Shown here one piece after another: positions 8,752-18,791 of a stretch of 64,000 bases of DNA. The notes beneath the pieces are model-generated. The model did no database searches, was not told where the DNA came from, and saw only the letters and a list, made by a program, of their open reading frames with translations. Origin of the DNA: Promethearchaeota archaeon. GTDB lineage: Archaea; Asgardarchaeota; Hermodarchaeia; Hermodarchaeales; Hermodarchaeaceae. Location of the stretch: positions 1 through 64,000 of the forward strand of contig JBHLPH010000009.1 of NCBI GenBank assembly GCA_048939625.1, written 5' to 3'. The translations under genes were made by a program, and so were the position numbers. Each line of letters starts with the position of its first letter. The stretch's first letter is position 1.

Positions 8752-10338
8752 CTAAGCTGGCTTAATGCGGGAATCTACTATTTCCTGGAATTTCAGCCCA
8801 CCAGCCTGCTCCAACAACGTGTCTAAATCCATGAAATTAATTATTGGTGTAATCTCAGTTTCAGTTTTCGTCAATTTTTGAATCATACGTTTGGCTTCAG
8901 TTTGGTTAGCTCCTGACTTCAATACAATATTCAAGGAAAGGACATCCATTGAATAAGGATCATCAGGCTTTGATTTACTCACAATAATCTGAGCCTCATG
9001 AATTTGGCTCATTGCTAACAAAGACTCACGCAATGCTGTCAGGTTAACGGTTGCACCCTTAATTTTCTCTTCAGCAATTCCCATTACATGCATTTGAGCA
9101 CCAATTTCGGATTCTCTGGAGATATTAAAGAAACAAGGCATCTCTAATCCACAATGAGGACATTTACCGGTTGTCACCTTGTCTACATGATCACCCATCA
9201 AATAGCCCTCAAACATCGATGAACGGCCATCGACATGAAAGATGGTAATATAACCTCCTTCTTCCGGACTAGTAAATTCATAGCCACCAGCATCATCTGT
9301 AAATTTGACAAAACGAATAGCGAACGCCAGAGGAGAAAGATTATGATATCCACCTTTTTCTTGACATTGGCAAGCTACTCCAATTTTGGTTTCACTTGCA
9401 GCCCACCCACCAATTACGCGGCTTTCAGTCATACCAACCTCTGCAAAGTTAGCTTTAATGTCATCAATTACTCTGTCATAAATACGCTCACCTGCTAAGA
9501 GGATGATTCCTCGTTTTTCTAATTTCGGTTTTTGGTGAAGTAATTCCCGACAGAAGATATTTCGCAAATATCCGGGCATCGCTGCAAAACCTGTAACTTT
9601 GAATAATTCGGCGAGCTGAACAAGTTTATCCGTAGATATTGCTCCCCCTGCAGTTGAACGAACAATAAAATCTGCCATTTGAAGCAATCCACCATCCACA
9701 CCAAAGAAGCCGAGATGAGGGGCAGATGGAAATAGATTCATAGCACGGAGTTCAAATCCATCTTTCACAAATGGATCAATTGCCATTTTTCCGGATTTAG
9801 CCATATTGTTCAACATTAACTCGTTATCGTAATGTGTAAGAAACACTGGCGAAGGAAGTCCAGACGCACGTCCCGATGAAAACCAGAAGAAACGTGGGGA
9901 ATACTGGTGCTTAACATGGTCAAGGAGTTCATTAGTAGCTTTTTCTTTTCCAATTCGAAGTTTGACTTTTAGTCCACGACGAAAAACGAAACTATGTTCA
10001 TCCTTAAATCCAGCTTCCTTGTAGTAATCCAACAAGTTTCTGATAGCTTCCGCCGAATCCCGTTCTTGTCCATCGACTTGTTGGGGATTTAACACAAATT
10101 CCCGAAGATTGTCTTTGTAATCAGCTTTCCTTACTAGGGGCAGTCCATATTTACCCCAGTCAGTGGGCACTTTGAGATCGAATGGATCAATTCCATTCTC
10201 TTTGAAGAGTCGTCGATAAAATGGGTGATTCGGATAAACCTGATATCGGATAAAAGCACGGAACTTTCGATTTTGTATCGACTCGATTTCTTCATAACTT
10301 AGTGATTTGAGCTCATTAAACGAAAGAAAGCGTTTCAT
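8752..10338 (-). CDS. Phenylacetate-CoA ligase (PaaK/F390 synthetase)-like adenylate-forming enzyme
   Basis: PFYRRLF...G, SSGRASG.P (A3-like), LAGE, WAASE, GD..., CPHCG; start placed at ATG 10338 (ORF track uses TTG 10401). Confidence 0.65.
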   Translation of the reverse strand: MKRFLSFNELKSLSYEEIESIQNRKFRAFIRYQVYPNHPFYRRLFKENGIDPFDLKVPTDWGKYGLPLVRKADYKDNLREFVLNPQQVDGQERDSAEAIRNLLDYYKEAGFKDEHSFVFRRGLKVKLRIGKEKATNELLDHVKHQYSPRFFWFSSGRASGLPSPVFLTHYDNELMLNNMAKSGKMAIDPFVKDGFELRAMNLFPSAPHLGFFGVDGGLLQMADFIVRSTAGGAISTDKLVQLAELFKVTGFAAMPGYLRNIFCRELLHQKPKLEKRGIILLAGERIYDRVIDDIKANFAEVGMTESRVIGGWAASETKIGVACQCQEKGGYHNLSPLAFAIRFVKFTDDAGGYEFTSPEEGGYITIFHVDGRSSMFEGYLMGDHVDKVTTGKCPHCGLEMPCFFNISRESEIGAQMHVMGIAEEKIKGATVNLTALRESLLAMSQIHEAQIIVSKSKPDDPYSMDVLSLNIVLKSGANQTEAKRMIQKLTKTETEITPIINFMDLDTLLEQAGGLKFQEIVDSRIKPA

Positions 10339-10519
10339 TCTCAGCACCGAACTGAAGATGATCTGTTTAATATTAGTACCTAGCCTATTTCTAGTTTGCA
10401 AAAAGGGTTTCGAACATTTAAGAAGCGGGCTACTAGTACAAGGTTTGTACTCTTGCTAATATAGCAGAAAAACTAGCGAATTCAATAACGAAATAAAAGA
10501 AAGGATGAGGACGGAGTAT

Positions 10520-10768
10520 CTAATCGACAAGGTCGACTAGAGCCACGTCTTCGAATGCACCGGAGGGTAATTTCCGTCTAATAGTAATTGGGAGAACTCG
10601 TTTCTGTAGCTCCAATTCTGCAATCCGGATTGGGTCATTAATATCCGAAGTTATTCGTGTTAGTATTGGGGCGCCCATCGATATTTGAAGTGCACGAGAT
10701 CCCACTACCCGGGATTTTTCGTATCGGGTCATTCGTTTAGGACCGATTTCAGGTCCTTTCTTTGGCAC
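10520..10768 (-). CDS. rpo6: DNA-directed RNA polymerase subunit Rpo6 (K)
   Basis: TRYEKSRVVGSRALQISMGAP, LPITIRR. Confidence 0.96.
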   Translation of the reverse strand: MPKKGPEIGPKRMTRYEKSRVVGSRALQISMGAPILTRITSDINDPIRIAELELQKRVLPITIRRKLPSGAFEDVALVDLVD

Positions 10769-10794
10769 ATTTTCCGCCTCTTTTTTATCCGATT

Positions 10795-12420
10795 TTATTC
10801 ATCGAAGTCTTCGCCACCGGGAGGCCCCCCAGGGCCGCCACCGCCTTCCATACCCTTGGATGCGATTACATCATCGATGCGTAGAAGCATTTGCGAAACT
10901 TCGCTTGCAGACTTGACAGCCTGCCGCTTCACAACTAAAGGTTCCCAGACATTAGCTTTTGCAAGATCACCGACTTTGCCTTTAATCCCATCAACACCCG
11001 CGGAAACCTCACCCTTTTCATGTCGGGCTTTAAGGTCTGCAATGATATCAATCGGATCGAGACCTGCGTTTTCAGCCAGTGTCTTAGGAATAATCTCCAT
11101 TGCTTCAGCAAATGCTATGACAGCAAGTTGCTCACGACCAGGAAGACTTTCAGCATACTCTTGAAGTTGTCGGGCAACCTGAATTTCAGGTGAACCTCCA
11201 CCAGCAACAACTCGCCCATCCTCTACGACGTTACGAATCACACAGAGTGCATCATGTAATGCTCGCTCTGCCTCATCAACTGCGAGATCAGTGCTTCCTC
11301 GAAGAAGAATACTAACAGCCTTAGGATTCTTGCAGCCTTCGACAAAGACCATTTTGTCATCCGCAATCTTGCGTTCTTCTAGAAGTTGGGCTGTACCCAA
11401 GTCTTTCTTAGTTAGCTCATCAAGATTTGAAATCAGCTTTCCACCAGTAGCTCGTGCTAGTTTCTCCATGTCACTTTCTTTGATTCGGCGAACAGCCACG
11501 ATACCCTCTTGTGCCATGAAGTGCTGTGCTACGTCATCAATGCCTTTCTGGCAGAGTACAACGTTGGCACCGATTTTTTTGACTTTTGCCACCATTTCTC
11601 GAAGCATTCGTTCCTCTTCATCCAGAAAAGCCTGCATTTGCGAGACTTCTCGGATATCGATTTTTGCTGTGAATTCTGTTTTTTCTACTTCAAAGGCACT
11701 CTGAATAAGAGCGATTTTTGGATTCGAGACGCTTTTTTCCATACCAGGGTGGACAATTTCTTTGTCAAGGACGATGCCCTCAATGAACATCGTATCGCGA
11801 ATTGTTCCACCTTGTTTCTTCTCTACCTTGACATTATCAATATCTGCGCTCTTAGCTCCATCAACGGTGTCTGTGATACGTTGAATGGCTCTTACTGCTA
11901 AATCGGATAGGAATTTCCGAAACTCAGAGACAACCTTGGATTGCATGGATGTCATTGCGACTTTTTTGAGCATTGCATCGCTTGAATCATCCAAGGCAAC
12001 GGAATCCAAAACTTCAAGAGCTTTTTCAGTTGCTTTACGATATCCTTCCACGATTACAGTGGGGTGGATTTTCTGATCAATAAGCATCTCAGCTTGTTTG
12101 AGCAGTTCTCCTGCTAATACAACGGAGGAAGTTGTTCCGTCTCCCACTTCATCATCTTGGGTCTTTGCAACTTCCACAATCATCTTTGCAGCAGGATGTT
12201 CTACATCAATTTCCTTTAGAATAGTAGCACCATCATTAGTAATTGTAACATCTCCGAAGCTGTCGACGAGCATCTTATCTTGTCCCTTGGGACCAAGTGC
12301 TGTACGGATAGCTTCTGCGATTGCTACGGCCGCCATTATGTTATTATGTTGTGCATCACGGCCACGTTCACGCTTTGTACCTTCTTTGAGCAATAGTATT
12401 GGGGTTCCACCCAATGACAT
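10795..12420 (-). CDS. ths: Thermosome (group II chaperonin) subunit
   Basis: [34 protein letters not shown]. Confidence 0.97.
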   Translation of the reverse strand: MSLGGTPILLLKEGTKRERGRDAQHNNIMAAVAIAEAIRTALGPKGQDKMLVDSFGDVTITNDGATILKEIDVEHPAAKMIVEVAKTQDDEVGDGTTSSVVLAGELLKQAEMLIDQKIHPTVIVEGYRKATEKALEVLDSVALDDSSDAMLKKVAMTSMQSKVVSEFRKFLSDLAVRAIQRITDTVDGAKSADIDNVKVEKKQGGTIRDTMFIEGIVLDKEIVHPGMEKSVSNPKIALIQSAFEVEKTEFTAKIDIREVSQMQAFLDEEERMLREMVAKVKKIGANVVLCQKGIDDVAQHFMAQEGIVAVRRIKESDMEKLARATGGKLISNLDELTKKDLGTAQLLEERKIADDKMVFVEGCKNPKAVSILLRGSTDLAVDEAERALHDALCVIRNVVEDGRVVAGGGSPEIQVARQLQEYAESLPGREQLAVIAFAEAMEIIPKTLAENAGLDPIDIIADLKARHEKGEVSAGVDGIKGKVGDLAKANVWEPLVVKRQAVKSASEVSQMLLRIDDVIASKGMEGGGGPGGPPGGEDFDE

Positions 12421-12503
12421 AGTGGGTCACCTCTTTTGCTAAAAGTAAGGATGTTGCACTTTTCGCTTCAATATAAGCGTTTCTCTAGTGCTTACAACAA
12501 ATT

Positions 12504-13628
12504 TCACTCGAGTTCAAGATTTCCACTTAGTAAGCTTATATTTCCAACATGAGGTGGTTTGCCTAATATACGCTTGACCGCATTGTAGCAACGCTGTGCC
12601 TGGTCTAAGGGGGTAATAGGTAGATCTCGCATGAGATGACTTGGATGAAAAACCAGGAGACTGTATTCAATAGATGGTTGATTCAAGCTTTTAAGAAATC
12701 GAGCAATTTCAGTCACTTCATACTCATCAACATAATGGGGAACTAATAATGTAGTTGCCATTAACGGCGTGTACTTTCTTTCTCCAAAGCCGAGTGTATC
12801 CGCTAGCATTGCGAAATTATCAAATATCGTTTCCTTTGAAATGCCGCAAAGTGCTCGATATATCGGATTTGAAAAAGCTTTCAAATCAAACTTTACTATT
12901 CCGCCACTCTCTTCTACCATTTTTCCCATTTTCTTAATCAACGACGGATTACCATGACCGTTCATCTCAACACATTGACGAAGTATTCGCTGTTCAAAAT
13001 GACTCTTACATTCTTCCATGAAGCGTATTGTAAATGGTAGCTGAGGTTCTGGTGATCCACCAAAATAACACACACAGGATATCTTCGAGTTGTTTTCAAT
13101 GACAGATAGAAGGTCCCCTAGTTTTACTAAGGTTCCCTGAGCAATGCGTTTATGGGACACATTTTGACAAAACAAACAATCTAAACTACATCCATAGAAA
13201 AATACCGCAAGATTTGAAAAGCCATATTCTGGACGAGGGTTCATGGACCATTTCGGGTATCCAACTCCGGTTCCTCCTGGACAGAAATATGATGCACAGC
13301 AATTTGTTATGTGAGGGTCCAAATAATAATGTAATAAAGCCCTTGTAGCTGAGACCTTTTGAACAAGTCGTCCGTTCTGATTCAGCCGGAGACCACAATA
13401 CCCTTTTTCACCTTCAGGAATACGACACTCGTTTGCACACACTTTGCACTGAATCCCATCTTTTTCTTCATAGACGATTTCAGGTAATTCAAATAAGTAT
13501 GAACGCCATTTATGAGCACCTTGAATGATTTCGCTTGATTCATCTGGTCTAGATCGTAAACAAGATGCACATACGGGAAGAACTTCAGCTAATCCATCTA
13601 CTTGTTGACAAATCAGACATTTCGGCAT
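12504..13628 (-). CDS. Radical SAM protein (PFL-activase/AmmeMemoRadiSam-like)
   Basis: GCSLDCLFCQN CxxxCxxC motif, N-terminal Cys clusters, GGSPEP, DLKAF. Confidence 0.8.
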   Translation of the reverse strand: MPKCLICQQVDGLAEVLPVCASCLRSRPDESSEIIQGAHKWRSYLFELPEIVYEEKDGIQCKVCANECRIPEGEKGYCGLRLNQNGRLVQKVSATRALLHYYLDPHITNCCASYFCPGGTGVGYPKWSMNPRPEYGFSNLAVFFYGCSLDCLFCQNVSHKRIAQGTLVKLGDLLSVIENNSKISCVCYFGGSPEPQLPFTIRFMEECKSHFEQRILRQCVEMNGHGNPSLIKKMGKMVEESGGIVKFDLKAFSNPIYRALCGISKETIFDNFAMLADTLGFGERKYTPLMATTLLVPHYVDEYEVTEIARFLKSLNQPSIEYSLLVFHPSHLMRDLPITPLDQAQRCYNAVKRILGKPPHVGNISLLSGNLELE

Positions 13629-13736
13629 TGTCTTTTTTAAATACTATATTGAAAGACAAAAGATTTCTGTTACTATCAGATACTCTTGTAACTATCTTTT
13701 TCTTTGATTAGGTATCTGAGTTATGAGAGAGATAAA

Positions 13737-15512
13737 ATGCTGTATCGAGAGATTTGTCAATATTATTACCGAATAGAAAAAACTACGAAACGATTAGAAA
13801 TGACAGACATACTTGGTGAACTCCTAAAGCACTTTGCAATTAACACTAATGCAGAAACAATAGAACAGGTTGCATATCTAACTCAAGGCAAACTCTATCC
13901 TGACTGGACTGGAAAACCAGAAATAGGAATCGCTGAAAAAATGGCAATTAACGCAATTGCAATTGCCCTTGGAATCAGTAATAAAAAAGTAACAGAAACT
14001 GTGAATACTACTGGGGATATCGGTACTGCAATTGAAAAGCTACTTGAATCAAAACGCCAAACTGCTTTATTTCAAACTCCTCTGTCAATACAACAAGTCT
14101 ACGACTCATTAGTGAAAATTGCCTCCGCTCAGGGATCAGGAAGTGCCGACCTTAAGGTTCGCACTCTAGCTGGTCTAATTAACGCATCAACTCCACTTGA
14201 GGCACGTTATTTGCTCCGTACCGTCACTGGCACGTTACGTCTTGGTATCGCTGAGATGACTGTTATCGATGCCCTCGCACAAGCCTTTGCTGGTGGAAAA
14301 GAACATCGCGATGCGATTGAGCGTGCTTACAATATAACAAGTGATTTGGGGTACATTGCTGGTCTTATTGCTTTTGAGGGACTTGAAGGCATTGAAAAGG
14401 TAAAGGTCCAGGTCGGAAAACCAATTCGTATGATGGCTGCCCAAAAACTTTCGACTCCTCAAGAAATTTTCGAGAAATTAGAAGGTAAGTTGGCAAGTGA
14501 ATGGAAACTCGATGGGGAGCGAATGCAGATTCATAAACAAGGTGACGATATCATAATATTCTCTCGTCGGCTTGAACAAATTACTCAGATGTATCCCGAT
14601 GTTGTGCAGCTAATACTCAAAAATATCAAAGCAAAAGATTGTATCATAGAGGGTGAAGCCGTAGCTGTAGACAAGCAAGATCCACAAAAACTCCTTCCAT
14701 TTCAGATCCTGATGCGAAGGAGAAGAAAATATAAGATCGAAGAAATGGTTCAAGAAATCCCGGTTGCAGTATTCTTCTTTGATTGTCTATTTGTCAATGG
14801 AACTGATCTAACACACCAACCATATCCTACTCGGCGAAAACATCTGGTACAAATCATAAATAAGAACGATTATGCTCGACCTGTTCCCGCACAGGTACAA
14901 TCTAGCCCTTTTGAAATTGAAAAGATGTTCCGCGAATCAATTAATCATGGTGGGGAAGGCCTGATTGTGAAATCCACTGGATCTGATTCTATTTATCGTG
15001 CAGGGGCTCGAAGCTGGCTGTGGGTCAAATTAAAAGAATCATACCAGGCCCAGGCAATAGGTCCTGTTGACCTTGTGGTGGTTGGAGCTTTTTGGGGCAG
15101 AGGACGTCGTGCCAAAACCTATGGCGCTTTATTAGCCGCGGTTCGTGATGAGGAGAGTGGCGAATTTAAAACCGTGTGCAAAGTCGGGACAGGTTTTAGT
15201 GACGAAGAACTTGAGCAATTACCAGAACGTTTTGAACCATACGCGCTTAAACAGAAAGATGCTCTGGTTGATTCAAAAATGAAAGCCGACGTTTGGTTTA
15301 GACCTGCCATCGTGTTTCAAGTTGTAGGTGACGAAATCACACGAAGCCCTGTACACACTTGTGCGTTTAACCAAATAGCACCAAATGAAGGGCTAGCCAT
15401 CCGGTTTCCTCGGTTTGATGGTACTTGGCGCTATGATAAATCTCCGGAGGAAGCCACATCTACCGAAGATATAATTAGTTCTTATCAATCGCAAATAAAG
15501 ATCAAAGAGTAA
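13737..15512 (+). CDS. lig: ATP-dependent DNA ligase
   Basis: EWKLDGER motif I, EGE, FD, EGLIVK, W.KLK, RFPRF..R.DK; start at ATG 13737. Confidence 0.97.
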   Translation: MLYREICQYYYRIEKTTKRLEMTDILGELLKHFAINTNAETIEQVAYLTQGKLYPDWTGKPEIGIAEKMAINAIAIALGISNKKVTETVNTTGDIGTAIEKLLESKRQTALFQTPLSIQQVYDSLVKIASAQGSGSADLKVRTLAGLINASTPLEARYLLRTVTGTLRLGIAEMTVIDALAQAFAGGKEHRDAIERAYNITSDLGYIAGLIAFEGLEGIEKVKVQVGKPIRMMAAQKLSTPQEIFEKLEGKLASEWKLDGERMQIHKQGDDIIIFSRRLEQITQMYPDVVQLILKNIKAKDCIIEGEAVAVDKQDPQKLLPFQILMRRRRKYKIEEMVQEIPVAVFFFDCLFVNGTDLTHQPYPTRRKHLVQIINKNDYARPVPAQVQSSPFEIEKMFRESINHGGEGLIVKSTGSDSIYRAGARSWLWVKLKESYQAQAIGPVDLVVVGAFWGRGRRAKTYGALLAAVRDEESGEFKTVCKVGTGFSDEELEQLPERFEPYALKQKDALVDSKMKADVWFRPAIVFQVVGDEITRSPVHTCAFNQIAPNEGLAIRFPRFDGTWRYDKSPEEATSTEDIISSYQSQIKIKE

Positions 15513-15828
15513 GTGAAGAGTTCCTTAATGCTTCTAATACCGATTTCGGATCCATTTCTTCTATTAAGATGATTTTGTTGTAAGCCGCTTTCCCAGAGAT
15601 GAGATGAACTCGACTACTTTGAATGTCTAATGCCTTAGCAATCACTTTTACAACTTCCAGATTCGCTTGTCCACGAGTTGGTACAGCTTTAACATGAACA
15701 GAACACTCCTCATTTAGAATAATGGCTTGTTTTCTTGAACGAGGCTTTACACGAATTCTTAGTAAGGTTCCCTTATTATGCGGTTCAATCATCACTATCT
15801 GCCAGAACCTTTTAGTAAGCGATTTCAA
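15502..15828 (-). CDS. DUF167 (YggU/UPF0235) protein
   Basis: VKPRSR...P..G.AN...LISG....K. Confidence 0.85.
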   Translation of the reverse strand: MKSLTKRFWQIVMIEPHNKGTLLRIRVKPRSRKQAIILNEECSVHVKAVPTRGQANLEVVKVIAKALDIQSSRVHLISGKAAYNKIILIEEMDPKSVLEALRNSSLTL

Positions 15829-15880
15829 AAATGTCTTATTATATTAACTGTACTCTGGCAGTGAGAGGTGTAGGCACTAA

Positions 15881-16252
15881 ATGTCTGAAAATATTCAAGC
15901 CTGGATCAATTATATGCAACAAGTCGACAGTACAATCATGGCAGTTTCTGTTATCAGAAATGACGGAACCGTCCTTTTCACAACTCCCAACTGGACTATA
16001 ACAGGAGCAGAAATTCTTTCAGCAATTCAAAGCAAGCCACCTAGTGTCACAATACAAGGCGTCAAATACAGCACAATTCAAGCGACTGACCACCATTTGG
16101 TCGCTACTAATGTTCGTGGTCAGGGATCAATCGTTATCACAGCAGCTCGAGATAAGGGTTATGTGGTTGCTTATGTCTCTCCTCAAGGCGATGTCCAAGG
16201 CGCCTATGTTGAAATCGCTAAAGCATCAGCTAATATTGGAGGATTCATGTAG
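15881..16252 (+). CDS. Asgard profilin
   Basis: DG..L..T.NW.I, S.TIQGVKY, TN..G.G, Y..P pattern recalled from Lokiarchaeal profilins; 123 aa. Confidence 0.8.
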   Translation: MSENIQAWINYMQQVDSTIMAVSVIRNDGTVLFTTPNWTITGAEILSAIQSKPPSVTIQGVKYSTIQATDHHLVATNVRGQGSIVITAARDKGYVVAYVSPQGDVQGAYVEIAKASANIGGFM

Positions 16253-16325
16253 TGTCCTCCACTTAGCTTCATATCCATGTACAAGACTAACGAAACCAAT
16301 TCTCCAATTTGGGGAGTGCATTTTC

Positions 16326-16757
16326 ATCAATCCATCGTCACGTTCTAAGAAATCTTCTTCGGGTTCGGAAACGAGTAATGAACCACAAACCGATCAATGG
16401 ATGCATGATCTTCGACGAAAACGTGACCTTCTGGTAACAGGAAAACCGAAAGCTACACATGAACGCAACCTCGAAGGACTAAAACAATTACTGAAATCCG
16501 AAGGCTTCAAAATACGGGGAAATCGTATACTCATCCAGCGAGACGAGGCTGCATTCGAAGTAGACCTAAAGATGGGTCACGTTTATGCCTTGCTAGAAGG
16601 CAAAGAACCCATTGTTCTGTGTGTAACTCTTGAATCAAAACCTTGGGCTAATACTGGCAACCTTTCAGATTTTGATCTCTTCCTACTCTCGATAATTTAC
16701 TTACTGACCCGTGAACCTTTACCAAAAAGCATCACAGAACAACTCGATTTTAAATAA
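16326..16757 (+). CDS. Hypothetical protein (start uncertain: ATC 16326 or ATG 16401)
   Basis: 3' part of ORF 16044..16757 that does not overlap profilin; SD-like GGAGTG 7 nt before ATC. Confidence 0.55.
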   Translation: MNPSSRSKKSSSGSETSNEPQTDQWMHDLRRKRDLLVTGKPKATHERNLEGLKQLLKSEGFKIRGNRILIQRDEAAFEVDLKMGHVYALLEGKEPIVLCVTLESKPWANTGNLSDFDLFLLSIIYLLTREPLPKSITEQLDFK

Positions 16758-16869
16758 TAACCATGTACCTCGTACAATTGTAGTTTGATTTGTTTAAACG
16801 CCTTTAGAAGATGCGGAAACACTTATAGCCATAAGACATTGAATCGTCAACCCCGTGGAGGGATACTTT

Positions 16870-17874
16870 ATGGCTGTAAAAGTTGCCATTAACGGTCTTG
16901 GTCGAATCGGTCGAAATTTTCTTCGTGGCATTATTGACAAAAAAGATGTCGAACTCGTTGCTGCAAACGATCTAGGTGGAACTGAAATCTTAGCCCATCT
17001 CCTACGATACGACTCCATTTACGGACGTTATAAAGGAACCATTGAAGCTGCTAACGACGAGTTACATGTTGATAATCATACAATCAAACTATTCCAAGAA
17101 CGAGATCCCGCGATGCTACCTTGGAAAAAACTTGAAGTTGATATTGCTATTGAAGCTACAGGTGTCTTTCGAGAACGAGATAAGGCGGCTCTGCACCTTC
17201 AAGCAGGGGCAAGCAAAGTCATTATTTCCGCTCCTGGAAAGGGCGAGGACGCGATGTTTGTTTTAGGTGTCAATGATGACAGCTATGATCCTAATAATCA
17301 TCATGTCATATCAAACGCTTCCTGCACAACCAATTGCTTTGCACCGGTAATCAAGATACTCCTTGAAAACTATGGAATAAAACATGGATTCATGTCAACA
17401 ATACATGGCTATACTTTAGGTCAAAATCTTCTAGATGCAATCCACAAAGATTATCGTCGGGCTCGCGCTGCCGCAGTTAACATTATACCAACAACTACCG
17501 GTGCCGCAAAAGCAATTATTCGTCTATTTCCACAACTGGAGGGTAAGATGGCGGCAATGGCTTATCGAGTACCTATTCCAGATGGATCCATTATCGATCT
17601 CAGTGTCGAATTGGAAAAGCCAACATCCAAAGATGAACTTAATGAAACTTTCCGAAAAGCTGCAAAAACTCACCTAAAGGGTATCCTCCAATACAATGAA
17701 GATCCCATCGTTTCAAACGATATCATCGGCAATTCCCACTCCTCGATTTTCGATAGTGAACTAACGGAGATTCTTGATGGAAATTTCGCGCATGTGGTCT
17801 CTTGGTATGATAACGAAGCAGGGTTTAGTACACGTTTAATTGAATTAACCCAAATGGTTGCTGCCAAATTATAA
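16870..17874 (+). CDS. gap: Class I glyceraldehyde-3-phosphate dehydrogenase
   Basis: INGLGRIGR, ASCTTNC, RRARAAA.NIIPTTTGAAKA, WYDNE. Confidence 0.95.
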   Translation: MAVKVAINGLGRIGRNFLRGIIDKKDVELVAANDLGGTEILAHLLRYDSIYGRYKGTIEAANDELHVDNHTIKLFQERDPAMLPWKKLEVDIAIEATGVFRERDKAALHLQAGASKVIISAPGKGEDAMFVLGVNDDSYDPNNHHVISNASCTTNCFAPVIKILLENYGIKHGFMSTIHGYTLGQNLLDAIHKDYRRARAAAVNIIPTTTGAAKAIIRLFPQLEGKMAAMAYRVPIPDGSIIDLSVELEKPTSKDELNETFRKAAKTHLKGILQYNEDPIVSNDIIGNSHSSIFDSELTEILDGNFAHVVSWYDNEAGFSTRLIELTQMVAAKL

Positions 17875-17930
17875 CAAAATAGGAAAAGTGAGGACCACTA
17901 ATAGCAGCCCTCAATCCATACTATGGCCTC

Positions 17931-18317
17931 TTATTTCATGTCTAATTCAGAGAGAAGCTGCGTAAGAAGCCAACCACCATAAGAAAGACGTATTCTTGAT
18001 CCTTGATTATTAGACCTTCGAGTGTCTAACAGCCCAGCTCTTTTGAGGATATTCAAGTTGAATTTAGTTGTGCTTAAGGGGAGACCGAATTTTCGGGATA
18101 AATAATCAGCTAGAGCTGTTGGCGATAGCTTTGGATGATACTGGAGTGCTCGTTGGGTCATCAATAATAAAAATCGCTGTTTCTTTGTTAGTCGTGTATA
18201 AGCCAACTTAGCAAAAGTTGCCGCTAGTTGGAGAAATAAGCTCTCTAGTTGCAGTGGTGTACTCAAGTCATCAAAGAAGTTGTCTTTCCTGGAGGATTTC
18301 GCAGCCAACCCCATCAT
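17931..18317 (-). CDS. Winged-helix DNA-binding protein
   Basis: TALADYLSRKFGLPLSTTKFNLNIL..AGLL...LS..G wHTH pattern. Confidence 0.65.
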   Translation of the reverse strand: MMGLAAKSSRKDNFFDDLSTPLQLESLFLQLAATFAKLAYTRLTKKQRFLLLMTQRALQYHPKLSPTALADYLSRKFGLPLSTTKFNLNILKRAGLLDTRRSNNQGSRIRLSYGGWLLTQLLSELDMK

Positions 18318-18791
18318 GATTAGTTGTCATGCATAACACCTCCATTTTAATAGGAATTTGAGTAAAACAGAAAAAGATTCCACAGAGTATTAACGTTTTG
18401 GTCAAAAATAGTTGACCATTCTTAAACCTCATTTTCGCATCATTTAGACTATCTGGTAATCCTTTTATTCGAATTTTTTTAAAACTGAATAGGTGAATTC
18501 TATTTGAAGAACATCGAATTCGAATATATTTGCGTGCAGGTAAATCATCACAAACATATCGCGAAAACAATAGCTGAATACCAAAAAGAGGGTTGGCAGC
18601 TCCATACTTATCAAGCCACGGGAGATCCGAACTTGATTAATCATTACCTCCTCTTCCAACGAGAAATTACTTGGTAGATATTAAGGGGCTATTTGATTTT
18701 CCTACACTTCACTATCGGTATCGTCACAAAACGTTATTATAACGGATGTTGGAGTTAAGAAATTTGAAATCATCCTTGGAGACGACGTTCA

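Noticed and set aside
10685-12442. Long antisense ORFs over the thermosome gene (similar ones over gap, iorA, the KaiC-like gene and smc)
   Set aside because: Shadow ORFs of well-supported genes on the opposite strand or in another frame
17759-17769. 11-nt match (AACTAACGGAG) between the putative TnpB guide and the gap gene
   Set aside because: The match stops at 11 nt and no recognisable TAM is adjacent; compatible with chance
18265-18320. GGGGTTG/CAACTTC stem as a BHB intron linking the uORF to the wHTH gene
   Set aside because: Central helix and bulges do not line up
18344-18659. ORFs 18271..18570 and 18465..18659
   Set aside because: No recognisable motifs and atypical composition; coding status unsupported
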